A DNA stretch of 64,000 nt from Escherichia phage C6, in the sequence record MW679410.1. One strand, written 5' to 3'. This document shows positions 9,292-19,265 of this stretch, piece after piece. The first letter of the stretch is position 1; every line of letters starts with the position of its first letter. A program made the position numbers and the translations under genes. A model generated the notes under the pieces. The model was given only the letters and a program-made list of their open reading frames with translations, searched no databases and had not been told where the DNA came from.

Positions 9292-10457
9292 GTTCAAAAA
9301 CTATGCAACGTGAAGGCTTTCCTAATATCAGTATACGCCTTTACGAAGATTATGACGCCTGGTTAGAGCATCGTTTTGTTGAACTAGGCGCTACATTTAC
9401 TACTCTAACAATGCGAGATGGACTTTACGGTAGTAATGAAGGGTTGCTCCAGTTTTATGATGCAAAGAACCTTCATACTAAAATGGATGGCGAACAGATT
9501 ATTCAAATTTCTGTTAAGAATGCTAACTCCGAGCGTACCCAATCAAGAATTTATGGAAGTAAACACTTTGCTGTAGGAGTGGATTCGAAGGGCGACAATA
9601 TCATAACAATACAACTCGCCCCAATCCACTTTTTAGAAAATCTTAAATTCGGGCGTATGTTCTTCCCTAGTGTCCAAGAAACATTAACTGAAATGATTGG
9701 TGTTATTTACCAAGACCGTCCACTTCTTGCACCTCCATTGAACGGGATAAACGTTTATGTTCCTAATGTTCCTTGGTGTGATTCAATGGACCGTTATATG
9801 GAATTTGTACGAGAAGTAGGTATGGCCGTTGAATCTGATAAATTTGTATTTGTCTGGGAAGATATAGATGGTATTTCTATCATGGACTACGAATTTATGG
9901 TTAATCAAGAGCCAATTAATTTTGTGGTAGGTGAGCCTCGTTTAATAGGCCAATACGTCCAAGATATGGACACTCCTATCGCATTTGATTTTGAATGGTT
10001 AACTAAAGCCAACCAGCATTCCAGAAAACCATATGAAAACGCTACTGTATACGCACACTCTTTCTTAGACAAAAACGCCACACGAATTACTTTTGGTGAT
10101 GGGCAAAACAGTATATTGGTTTCTCGCTCTGGTGGATATTCTGATTATACCTACCGAAATGGATTTGAAGAAGCCGATAGATTAGTTACTATGGCCCAAT
10201 ACGATGGCTATGCTCATTGTAAGGTATACGGTAACTTTGAACTAACTCCAGGCGATAAGATTAATTTCTATGACCCTAAAAACCAATTCCAATACGATTT
10301 TTATGTAGACGAAGTTATTCATGAAGTGAGTAACAATACATCAATTACAAACCTTTATATGTTTACTAATGGTAAGCCTATTAAGATTGAAGAACCACCG
10401 AAGGTTAAAAATGAACTTAAAACTGATACTCCCGATCAAGAAAATAACGCTGGGTGA
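9288..10457 (+). CDS. 27: baseplate hub protein gp27
   Basis: 389 aa; strong similarity to T4 gp27; start overlaps gene 51 stop. Confidence 0.95.
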   Translation: MSSKTMQREGFPNISIRLYEDYDAWLEHRFVELGATFTTLTMRDGLYGSNEGLLQFYDAKNLHTKMDGEQIIQISVKNANSERTQSRIYGSKHFAVGVDSKGDNIITIQLAPIHFLENLKFGRMFFPSVQETLTEMIGVIYQDRPLLAPPLNGINVYVPNVPWCDSMDRYMEFVREVGMAVESDKFVFVWEDIDGISIMDYEFMVNQEPINFVVGEPRLIGQYVQDMDTPIAFDFEWLTKANQHSRKPYENATVYAHSFLDKNATRITFGDGQNSILVSRSGGYSDYTYRNGFEEADRLVTMAQYDGYAHCKVYGNFELTPGDKINFYDPKNQFQYDFYVDEVIHEVSNNTSITNLYMFTNGKPIKIEEPPKVKNELKTDTPDQENNAG

Positions 10458-10938
10458 CAAAGAGATTTCTATTCCTAAATTGGGCCTTAAACACCAGAAA
10501 TTGGTTAAAGATGAAAAGGACCCTTACAAGGCTCTTCACATATTAATGAATTCCATTTATAAAGGTTTATCTGCGGCAGAGACCGATTTTGCAGCTCTTC
10601 ATCTTTTAGAATTTAATGGAAGATTAAAAAGTAAAGTAACCAAAGACGGATTTACTTATAACTTAAATGACCTTTATATCTGCCAGCGACTTGAATTCCA
10701 ATTCCAAGGTAAAACATTTAAATTTAAATCACACGAACCATTTCAAACATTTGGTCCTGTTGATAGTGTATTACAATCTCTTTACCTTGGTGATGATGTA
10801 CCAGATTTTCTGGATATGCCTGCCTTTGTTGCTACATGGGCCGACGATATAACTTCTACCATAGCTATCCCTGGTCCTAATGGTCCTATCAAAGGATTGC
10901 TTAAAATCATGGATATCTTAAATGAAGAACGAATCTAA
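10411..10938 (+). CDS. 28: baseplate hub distal subunit gp28
   Basis: Internal ATG of track ORF 10369..10938 ([11 protein letters not shown]...), about 175 aa; synteny. Confidence 0.85.
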   Translation: MNLKLILPIKKITLGDKEISIPKLGLKHQKLVKDEKDPYKALHILMNSIYKGLSAAETDFAALHLLEFNGRLKSKVTKDGFTYNLNDLYICQRLEFQFQGKTFKFKSHEPFQTFGPVDSVLQSLYLGDDVPDFLDMPAFVATWADDITSTIAIPGPNGPIKGLLKIMDILNEERI

Positions 10939-12658
10939 TCAGAATAGTTTTCGTCGCAATAAACTGATTGAAGAAATGGCTCCTCAGCGTCGTGCTGAGG
11001 CGCTAGCCCAAACTCAGAACGACGAATTAGGAAATATATCAGATGTTTTATCCGATTCCCAGGCGGCGTCTGAATTGCTCTCTGAAGTGGTTGAGACAAA
11101 GTCCAATCAGATTATTAGTTCTGTAGACCGAGTAGATAAAAGCGTCCAAGACGTTGTCGCTGGAACAGAATTAACAGCCGAAGCTATATCAGAACAAACC
11201 CAACAGTCTAAAGCTCTTTCGGATGCATTAAACGAAAAGATTAATAAGCTTTCTAATATGTTGGAGGCTAAATTTTCTGGTATTTCTATTCCACCGGAAG
11301 GGAGCTCATTAAAGGTTATTGAAGACTCTATTCCTGAAGAACCTAAGGCCGAAACTCCTAAAGTTCCTGCCGTTATTGAAGATATTCTCCCTCCGGAAGA
11401 CAATAAACCTGACGCTGAATTTGTGCCTGAGCCTCCTAAAAATTCAGATGAAGGTAAAGAAGGTGATAAGTCTTCTCTTTCTGATAAAATTGAAGCCCTT
11501 ACTAAAATAACTGAAAAGGGATTTAAAGCTTCTGTAAGTGTCGCTGATAGAATTTCAGGCATGCTTTTTAAGTATACCATTACTGCCGCCGCTGAAGCTG
11601 CTAAACTCGCCGCAGGTTTAGTCCTTTTAATATTTGGTATAGATGCCATTCGTGTATACTTCCAATATTTCATGGACCAATTTGAGTCAGGGTGGAAAGA
11701 ATTTAACGATAAGTTTAAAGAGTGGGGCCCGTTACTTGAAGGGCTAATGACATGGGCCAAGAATGCCGAGGCTATGTTTAGTGAAGGGAACTGGTTAGGC
11801 CTGGCCGAAGCTATTATTCGCGGTATGGTTAATCTTACTAAAAATATGGCACAGCTTTTAATGCTCGGTATTTCTAAGTTGATTTCGGCTATTTTAAGTA
11901 AAATACCTGGTATGGGTGATTTGGCTGAAAACGTAGAGGCTTCCGCTTTAATGTCGTATCAACAAAATACTGGAGCCACTTTAGATGACGAAGACCAAAC
12001 TAAAGTAGCCAAGTACCATGATAGACGTTCTGCTGAGGCTTTAGAAACAGCCGAGAAAATGAATAAGAAGTATAAGGATAAACCCGAGCTTATAAACCAG
12101 GCAGAGAAATACGGTAATCTTACTAAAGAACAAGCCGACCAATTACGCGCAGGTGGAATTGACACAAGCTTCCGTGACCTCCCTGAAGAAGAACGTTTAG
12201 ATTATTTCAAGAAACGTGATAAAGCCCAAGCTGATATTATTCGTTTGACCCAAACTGCCGATAATATAATGAAGCCTGATTCTAAAGATATCGAAAACGC
12301 TAAAGCATATAAAGCTGATATCGAGAAACAATTGGCTGACCCTATTATGGCTAAAGGTGGTGCACCGAAGGACCTTAATATCCAGCAATTACTTGATAAG
12401 ATGAATAAATCTTTAGAGAAATTTAACGAAGCTGAAAAGCCTAAACCTGCTTCTGTAGCTGAATCCCCTGAAAATACCCAGGTTAAAAAGGTTGATGAGC
12501 AAATGAGAGCAAAGGAAAATGCTAAATATAGTCAGCAGGCTCCAACACAAATAAATCAGCAAACGAATATCAAGAAAACGAGTAAGACTAGTTATAATTT
12601 ACCTCCACAGTCCTCTACTCCGGCTCCTGGTATGCGTCAAGCTACTAAAGTTAATTAG
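10922..12658 (+). CDS. 29: baseplate hub / tail-length determinator gp29
   Basis: 578 aa; N-terminus and overall composition as T4 gp29. Confidence 0.9.
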   Translation: MKNESNQNSFRRNKLIEEMAPQRRAEALAQTQNDELGNISDVLSDSQAASELLSEVVETKSNQIISSVDRVDKSVQDVVAGTELTAEAISEQTQQSKALSDALNEKINKLSNMLEAKFSGISIPPEGSSLKVIEDSIPEEPKAETPKVPAVIEDILPPEDNKPDAEFVPEPPKNSDEGKEGDKSSLSDKIEALTKITEKGFKASVSVADRISGMLFKYTITAAAEAAKLAAGLVLLIFGIDAIRVYFQYFMDQFESGWKEFNDKFKEWGPLLEGLMTWAKNAEAMFSEGNWLGLAEAIIRGMVNLTKNMAQLLMLGISKLISAILSKIPGMGDLAENVEASALMSYQQNTGATLDDEDQTKVAKYHDRRSAEALETAEKMNKKYKDKPELINQAEKYGNLTKEQADQLRAGGIDTSFRDLPEEERLDYFKKRDKAQADIIRLTQTADNIMKPDSKDIENAKAYKADIEKQLADPIMAKGGAPKDLNIQQLLDKMNKSLEKFNEAEKPKPASVAESPENTQVKKVDEQMRAKENAKYSQQAPTQINQQTNIKKTSKTSYNLPPQSSTPAPGMRQATKVN

Positions 12659-12666
12659 GATTAATA

Positions 12667-13755
12667 ATGAAAGCAAAAGAACTTGACTTTGATGTAGCCT
12701 CCTTGTTTAAAGGAGGTTCAAAGACCTCCGCCGGGCAGTCTAAAGCTAAACCGGCTCAAACTACGGTAACGGCCCAATACCCGGCAGAAAGGGCCTCTGG
12801 CAATGACACCTCTACAGATATGGTGTTAAGCGATTTATATAAAAACGGCTTACTTTTTACAGCGTATAATTTTAGCTCTCGTGTATCACCTGATTTGCGT
12901 AATGACCGATCAAGTCAAATGACTAAAAAGTTTTCAAAAGCCTCTAGTAAACTTACCGGTAATACCGGAGGATTCAGCGCGGTTAAAAACTTGTTCAGTA
13001 ATAACTCTAAAGGAGTTAAATTTGACAACCAAGCTTTGGCAAATATTTTACTCCCACGTTCTAAATCTGACGTAGATTCGGTATCGCATAAATTTAATGA
13101 TGTCGGTGAATCATTAATTACTAAAGGTGGTGGTACTGCTACAGGTATTTTAAGTAACATTGCAAGTACTGCTGTATTTGGTGCATTGGAATCTGTAACT
13201 AACGGCGTAATGGCTGATTCAGGTGAACAGATATACACCACTGCCCGTAGTATGTACGCCGGCCCAGATAACCGTACTAAGGTATTCACTTGGGAAATGA
13301 CTCCACGAAACGCTCAAGACCTTATCCAGATTATTAAAATATACGAAATCTTTAATTACTATTCTTATGGTGAAACCGGCAACTCAGCCTTCGCTGGTGA
13401 ATTAAAAGAGAAGATTGATACCTGGTATCGTTCTACGTTTAAAAAAGAAGCTATTGACAAGTTTGACGGTAAGCTATTAGGGGAAAGTATTACAAGCTTC
13501 CTTTCTAATGTTATTGTGGTAAGTAACCCGACCATTTGGTATATCCGAAACTTTGGCGATAGCAGTTCATATGATGGTCGTGAAGATATTTTTGGTCCAT
13601 GCCAAATCCAAAGTATACGATTTGATAAAACCCCTGATGGTCATTTTAACGGATTGGCTATTGCTCCTAACTTACCATCTACATTTAGTTTAGAAGTTAC
13701 TTTCCGTGAAATCATTACTTTAAACCGTGGCTCACTTTATACGGAAGGATTCTAA
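12667..13755 (+). CDS. 48: baseplate tail-tube cap gp48
   Basis: 362 aa; synteny and similarity to T4 gp48. Confidence 0.9.
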   Translation: MKAKELDFDVASLFKGGSKTSAGQSKAKPAQTTVTAQYPAERASGNDTSTDMVLSDLYKNGLLFTAYNFSSRVSPDLRNDRSSQMTKKFSKASSKLTGNTGGFSAVKNLFSNNSKGVKFDNQALANILLPRSKSDVDSVSHKFNDVGESLITKGGGTATGILSNIASTAVFGALESVTNGVMADSGEQIYTTARSMYAGPDNRTKVFTWEMTPRNAQDLIQIIKIYEIFNYYSYGETGNSAFAGELKEKIDTWYRSTFKKEAIDKFDGKLLGESITSFLSNVIVVSNPTIWYIRNFGDSSSYDGREDIFGPCQIQSIRFDKTPDGHFNGLAIAPNLPSTFSLEVTFREIITLNRGSLYTEGF

Positions 13756-14708
13756 TGTATACTTTACAAGAATTTCAGAATCAGGCAATTAATATTGACC
13801 TACAAAGGAATAACCTGTTTAGTGTAGTATTTGCTACAGTTCCTTCTTCTAAATCTCAAGCGCTCCTCGACCAGTTCGGTGGAGCTTTATTTAACAATAT
13901 CCCATTGAATACCGATTTGTTTGGTATTACACAAGGAGAGTTGACCCAAGGTGTTACGACATTAGTGACAGCGGGCACTCAGAAGTTGATTCGTAAGTCA
14001 GGTATAAGTAAATATCTGATTGGAGCTATGTCATCCAGGGTTGTGCAGAGCTTACTAGGAGAGTTTGAAGTAGGTACATATCTGATGGATTTTTTCAATA
14101 TGGCTTATCCTACGGCAGGTCTTTTAGTCCACGCCGTTAAAATCCCGGATAATACTTTGAACTATGAAATGGATTTGAACCACAACTCGCCTAATATCAA
14201 AATTACCGGAAGAGAATATTCTCCTCTGGTATTAAGCTTCCGTATGGATTCTGAAGCTGCCAACTACCGTGCTTTTAATGACTGGGTCAATAGTGTTCAA
14301 GACCCAATTACACAATTAAGAGCATTACCTGAGGATGTTGAAGCTGACATTCAAGTCAACCTTCATTCTCGTAATGGATTACCCCATACAGTAGTAATGC
14401 TTAATGGGTGTGTTCCTGTTAGTGTTTCGTCACCGGAATTATCCTACGACGGTGATAACCAAATTGCTTCGTTTGATGTTACATTTGCTTATAGAAGTGT
14501 GCAGACGGGTGCAGTCGGTAAACAGGCGGCTTATGAATGGCTGGAAGATAAAGTCCTTAAAGGAGTGGCGGGCATAAGTGAGAGTAATTCACTGAGTTCT
14601 TCAGTAGCTAAATTAAGCCGACTTTCAGGAGCTTCTAGTGGATTAACAGGATTGGTTAATACATTTGGTGGGCGTGCTATTAATAGTGGAATATCGAGGT
14701 TGCTATAA
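13755..14708 (+). CDS. 54: baseplate tail-tube initiator gp54
   Basis: 317 aa; similarity to T4 gp54; start overlaps gene 48 stop. Confidence 0.9.
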   Translation: MYTLQEFQNQAINIDLQRNNLFSVVFATVPSSKSQALLDQFGGALFNNIPLNTDLFGITQGELTQGVTTLVTAGTQKLIRKSGISKYLIGAMSSRVVQSLLGEFEVGTYLMDFFNMAYPTAGLLVHAVKIPDNTLNYEMDLNHNSPNIKITGREYSPLVLSFRMDSEAANYRAFNDWVNSVQDPITQLRALPEDVEADIQVNLHSRNGLPHTVVMLNGCVPVSVSSPELSYDGDNQIASFDVTFAYRSVQTGAVGKQAAYEWLEDKVLKGVAGISESNSLSSSVAKLSRLSGASSGLTGLVNTFGGRAINSGISRLL

Positions 14709-14710
14709 CA

Positions 14711-14738
14711 AAAAAGGAGAGCGTACGCTCTCCTTTAG
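14711..14738. terminator. bidirectional hairpin ggagagcGTACgctctcc between gene 54 and the minus-strand block
   Basis: Perfect 7-bp stem flanked by A6 and T-run. Confidence 0.6.
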
Positions 14739-14741
14739 GGG

Positions 14742-15032
14742 TTATTTACGGAACGAAATGAAACCTGCTGTGGTCATTAGCGGTTGCTTTTTAACAAACA
14801 CCGTAACTGAAATAGGAGCTTCAGATTCGAGTTGTCCTGTCACTACACCGTTAAAAATGTTTTCGGTTTGTTCTGGATGAGAAAAATTCTCAACAGGTCG
14901 GATATCAAACTGTTTGTCTTCACCGAAAACTCGACGTAATTCATTACCCACTGCACTGTCAAACTCTTCAGAAGCAGGGATAACGTTTTCAACTACCAGT
15001 TCTTGACCATTAAAACGGAATGCAGATTTCAT
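14742..15032 (-). CDS. hypothetical protein downstream of the alt array
   Basis: 96-aa track ORF with GAGGAG SD; occupies the alt.-x position. Confidence 0.5.
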   Translation of the reverse strand: MKSAFRFNGQELVVENVIPASEEFDSAVGNELRRVFGEDKQFDIRPVENFSHPEQTENIFNGVVTGQLESEAPISVTVFVKKQPLMTTAGFISFRK

Positions 15033-15089
15033 AATGTTCTCCTCATGTTTGTGTAAGGTAATAGTACCACATCCTTGTGGTGTTGTAAA

Positions 15090-17213
15090 CTACATTTTGA
15101 ATTTATTTGGCAGAGCAGAGATATCCAAAGATGCAGCAAGGATTTCCATAGCTTCGTTGCTTTCAGAAACGGATTCATTAACCAAGAATTGACTGAATCC
15201 ATGCATCAGGCGAACTTCACCAGTTTCCATCAAATGGTCGCCATCGTAAACAGATTCGCTGAGCTCTGAAGGAGGTGTTACTGTAGCTTCCATAAGATAT
15301 TTGTGAGATACCCTATCATTCATAGCAAAAGCCGCTACTTTATCAACCTTCAACAATAATCCACGCGGAAGGATAATTTCTGCTTCTTCGGCATATTCTG
15401 TAAGGTCACCAGGAGCGATAACTTTAACTGCTTCAGCACCTCGAATAACCATACCAATTTCAGCAATTCTATCCGCAGGACCTTCAGGTGCAATTGGATT
15501 ACCAAACTCGTCTTCTTCCCATTCTACCTCTTCGTCATCGACTTCACCCACATCAGATGAACTACCACTAGCCAATTTAAACAACTCATCAGCGGAGGAT
15601 AAAGAACCTTCACCACCAACAAAAACGGCTTGGTTGTCGAGGGCCATATAATTTTTACCAAATTCACCAAAGATGTTAGGCTTTAATGAGGCTGACACAA
15701 AGTTCTTAAAGTAAAATGTTTTGTTATCGATATTATGACGCAGAATTTTGTATGGCAAATCCTGACCACGATACAAAATAGTACCCTTAGGAAGTTTAAT
15801 ACCCTTAGTAAATGCTGAGTCTAAATCCTTAATCAATTTAATAGCCGTTGTATTGTTTTCGGATTCAGGTTTACCTAAAAGGAACAAGTTCATAGGAGCA
15901 TATTCAGCTGCGCAATATTCAATAATAGCATTGCTTTCGTCTTTGGTTAGGTCCTTAGGTTTAATGAGCTCACCTGAATAAGCATATGCATCACTAATAG
16001 AATCGTTAATTAGTTTATAAACGGCTTCCATAGCGAAAGCAATTCGAGAGGCCTTTTCTGAAGGGGAGCCTTTAAAACGGGTACTCAGGTTATTAACAAT
16101 TTTCTTAATAATATCCAGACTATTGGTTGTATTGATTTGCGAAAGACCGCTTAAAAGTCTATCGACTTCTGTATTAAAAAATGCCATATTATTAGAGTAA
16201 ATTTCAAACCCTTGTTTATCTCTATTAGCATAATTTAGTTTAAATTTACTATCAGTCATTAAAGCGTGCGTGAGAGCAATGGTGTATCTAAAGTTGGCAA
16301 GGTCCTCGCTCTTAGATTTAAACTGAGAAGCCTGGCGCATTTTGGTAATAGCACCTTTTTTAAAGTTCTGACTAATCTGTTCAATACCTTCATTCTCAGG
16401 GCCTTCAGCCGTGTGAACCGGTACAGAAGCTTCAAACTCGTTATAAACCTGCAATTCTTTAGGGGACAAAGTTTCAGGCTCAGCAGTAGAATACTGCGCG
16501 GCTGCTGCCATACGACGCGAAATCTTAGTACGAGTAATGACAGCCTTATCAGTACGTTTTTCTTCAACTTGTGCAATAGATGCCGCTACGGCTTCGACCT
16601 TACTTACGGCCTGGCCGGTTTTCTTAGAAACATACACTTCGCCAACTTTAGACTCAACTTTAGTATAAAGATCGGCATTAATTTCAGGCATACCCTTGAT
16701 ATCTTCAATATTAGCCCCGCGACGTACTAAAAGAACGTAGGTATGTTTTCCGCTGAATTGGAACATGTCGTCAACAACTTTAAACTTACCACCGGTACGG
16801 GCCATAGCCAAACGAGCTAATACGCGCTGAACGGTAGGGCCTTTACCTTTCATTTTCTTAGTAGGGAAACGGAATAAAACCGCGTCCATTTTAAGTTTGT
16901 TTATTTGTTCATATATGGTATCGAAAATGGTGTTCAGTGTACCGAGTGGATCGGTACCCAAACCACCCTTGAGTTCTGCCGGAGCGCCTTTAGCAGATAA
17001 ACTCATTAAGATAACATGGACGTACTTATCGCCCGCCTTAACCATCTTAATAGCGTCGCCTTCAGACGCATAAGATACCATACGTGCTACTAAATTGTCA
17101 TTACCAGGAGCATGTACCGCAAAAATCTGCGGTACGCCTGAGCCAGGTTTAAGATTTGTTACTGGGTAATTTTTTTTATCACTTTTATCAAAAACTTCGT
17201 TTAAATTTTCCAT
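15090..17213 (-). CDS. Alt-like ADP-ribosyltransferase paralog 1 (divergent middle region)
   Basis: 707 aa; N-terminal ~230 aa near-identical to paralogs 2 and 3 and similar to T4 Alt; C-terminal YRGQ / FVSASL / EAEIILPRG motifs; poly-acidic insert. Confidence 0.85.
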   Translation of the reverse strand: MENLNEVFDKSDKKNYPVTNLKPGSGVPQIFAVHAPGNDNLVARMVSYASEGDAIKMVKAGDKYVHVILMSLSAKGAPAELKGGLGTDPLGTLNTIFDTIYEQINKLKMDAVLFRFPTKKMKGKGPTVQRVLARLAMARTGGKFKVVDDMFQFSGKHTYVLLVRRGANIEDIKGMPEINADLYTKVESKVGEVYVSKKTGQAVSKVEAVAASIAQVEEKRTDKAVITRTKISRRMAAAAQYSTAEPETLSPKELQVYNEFEASVPVHTAEGPENEGIEQISQNFKKGAITKMRQASQFKSKSEDLANFRYTIALTHALMTDSKFKLNYANRDKQGFEIYSNNMAFFNTEVDRLLSGLSQINTTNSLDIIKKIVNNLSTRFKGSPSEKASRIAFAMEAVYKLINDSISDAYAYSGELIKPKDLTKDESNAIIEYCAAEYAPMNLFLLGKPESENNTTAIKLIKDLDSAFTKGIKLPKGTILYRGQDLPYKILRHNIDNKTFYFKNFVSASLKPNIFGEFGKNYMALDNQAVFVGGEGSLSSADELFKLASGSSSDVGEVDDEEVEWEEDEFGNPIAPEGPADRIAEIGMVIRGAEAVKVIAPGDLTEYAEEAEIILPRGLLLKVDKVAAFAMNDRVSHKYLMEATVTPPSELSESVYDGDHLMETGEVRLMHGFSQFLVNESVSESNEAMEILAASLDISALPNKFKM

Positions 17214-17216
17214 TAT

Positions 17217-19262
17217 TTACCCTTGGGTGAATTTTTCTGGGATTTCGTCAAAATTAATACATGAAGCCAAAAGAGGCATTATATCCACCTTGGTCGATTT
17301 GACAAATGAATCAAAAGACACAGGGTTGTCGGTCTCTGTTTCTACGCCTTGGTAAACAACCAATTCGCCGGTTTCCATCAATGCATCACCATCATAGATA
17401 ACCGCATTTTCTGCTAGTTGGTCTGTGGTCTGGATATCAGCTTCCAATAATTTGGTGTTGTAGTTTCCTTTATATGAGGCATCTGTAATTTTAGTAATCT
17501 TAACAGTAGTTCCACGTGGAAGAATAACCTCTTGTTCTGTTGGAGAACCTGACAATTCACCGGGCACAATTACGTTAATAGAGTCTGCACCGGAAATTTT
17601 CCAACCGATGTTCATCATTGTATTTTCGGAACTCGTCAGCATACTTGGAAGAACAATTTCATTATCGCCTTGGAAAGATGTCCCAACGCGATAGTCCTGA
17701 TGAACTGCGGCCATTGCGACGTTTGATACCCAGCCGCCAAAGATAATCGGCTTAAGGGACGTTGATACATAGTTCCTGAAATAAAACAATTTTGAGTGTT
17801 TGATTTTATCAAAAGTGTTAACATTTAAATATTGACCACGCCAAAGTGTAATATCAGGTGGCAATTTATGGCCAATTTCAAATGCCGCATCCATATCATT
17901 AATTACTTCAATTACGCGATAACTATCAATAAATTCTGCATCCTCTTCATAATAATTACCCAACAAATAATTATTAACATCGGTATAATATTGGCCGCAA
18001 TAAGAAGAAATAGCCTCACGCTGCTCATACTCAAATCGATTATCGCTATAACTGGCTGTAAAATGCATAACACTTTCTGACGCTTCATTAGCAAAATCGG
18101 TAACAGCAGCACTTATACGTTGAGCATACTCTTGTTCCCAAAGCTCTGCCGCATATTCGGCCGCATCCATATTAGGAGGAGCCTCATTCATTTTTCTTTC
18201 GATAAATGCAGCTTTGCGAAGGTTAAGAACCTCTGCACATGATTCGGCAAAAATCTGCATCTGCTTCATACTGCCGACAGGAGCACGTTTAAGTTCACGA
18301 TGCATACGGTTAAAAATTGGGTCAGAGTCTTCGACTCGAATTTCTTCTTTCCAAACACCGTTTGCTCGCATAGCCATATCTGCCGCGCGCATACGCTCCA
18401 TAGTATTCGTTTCAGAAGGTTGAATAAAAATTTCTAGTTCTTCATAATCGTCGATAAGTTCCGCTGTTGCTGGGGCACTAAATTTTGATGCCTCTGCATC
18501 AATCTCATTCCAACCTTCCGGAACTTCATCTCGAGGAGAATACTGGGCTGCGGCTACAGCACGCCTAGAAATCTTGGTAGTAGTAATAACGGCCTTATCC
18601 GTACGTTTTTCTTCGACTGCCGCTATACTAGCAGATAGTGCTTCTATTTTGGTTACCGATTGGCCTGTTTTCTTGGATACATAAACCTCACCAACTTTAG
18701 ACTCAACCTTAGTGTAAAGGTCTGCATCAATTTCAGGCATACCTTTTATGTCCTCAATATTAGCTTGTTTACGAACCAGTAAAACGTATGTATGTTTGCC
18801 TGTAAATTGATACATATCATCGACAACTTTAAACTTGCCGCCAGTACGAGCCATCGCCAAACGTGCCAATACACGTTGAACAGTAGGACCCTTACCTTTC
18901 ATTTTCTTGGTAGGGAACCGGAAAAGAACTGCATCCATACGAAGAGCTTTAACTTGTTCGTATACAGTATCGAAAATGGTGTTCAGTGTACCAAGTGGGT
19001 CAGAACCTAACCCGCCTTTCAACTCGGCTGGGGTACCCTTAGCAGACAAACTCATCAAAATAACATGAACATATTTGTCGCCCGGCTTAACCATTTTAAT
19101 AGCGTCTCCTTGAGACGCATAAGATACCATACGAGCAACCAGATTATCATTACCTGGTGCTTGGATAGAGAAAATCTGTGGAATACCGGAACCCGGTTTA
19201 AGATTTGTTACTGGATAGTTTTTAGCGGAATCACTATCAAAAACCTCATTTAAATTTTCCAT
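17217..19262 (-). CDS. Alt-like ADP-ribosyltransferase paralog 2
   Basis: 681 aa; conserved N-terminal module; WRGQ / YVSTSL / EQEVILPRG motifs. Confidence 0.85.
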   Translation of the reverse strand: MENLNEVFDSDSAKNYPVTNLKPGSGIPQIFSIQAPGNDNLVARMVSYASQGDAIKMVKPGDKYVHVILMSLSAKGTPAELKGGLGSDPLGTLNTIFDTVYEQVKALRMDAVLFRFPTKKMKGKGPTVQRVLARLAMARTGGKFKVVDDMYQFTGKHTYVLLVRKQANIEDIKGMPEIDADLYTKVESKVGEVYVSKKTGQSVTKIEALSASIAAVEEKRTDKAVITTTKISRRAVAAAQYSPRDEVPEGWNEIDAEASKFSAPATAELIDDYEELEIFIQPSETNTMERMRAADMAMRANGVWKEEIRVEDSDPIFNRMHRELKRAPVGSMKQMQIFAESCAEVLNLRKAAFIERKMNEAPPNMDAAEYAAELWEQEYAQRISAAVTDFANEASESVMHFTASYSDNRFEYEQREAISSYCGQYYTDVNNYLLGNYYEEDAEFIDSYRVIEVINDMDAAFEIGHKLPPDITLWRGQYLNVNTFDKIKHSKLFYFRNYVSTSLKPIIFGGWVSNVAMAAVHQDYRVGTSFQGDNEIVLPSMLTSSENTMMNIGWKISGADSINVIVPGELSGSPTEQEVILPRGTTVKITKITDASYKGNYNTKLLEADIQTTDQLAENAVIYDGDALMETGELVVYQGVETETDNPVSFDSFVKSTKVDIMPLLASCINFDEIPEKFTQG

Positions 19263-19265
19263 TAT

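Noticed and set aside
11107-11760. 217-aa minus-strand ORF inside gene 29
   Set aside because: Low-complexity Ser/Ala-rich translation typical of the antisense frame of a biased coding region; gene 29 on the plus strand explains the sequence.
16259-16730. Overlapping 105-aa (minus) and 154-aa (plus) track ORFs inside alt paralog 1
   Set aside because: Alternative-frame and antisense ORFs within a gene that has clear Alt homology; low-complexity translations.
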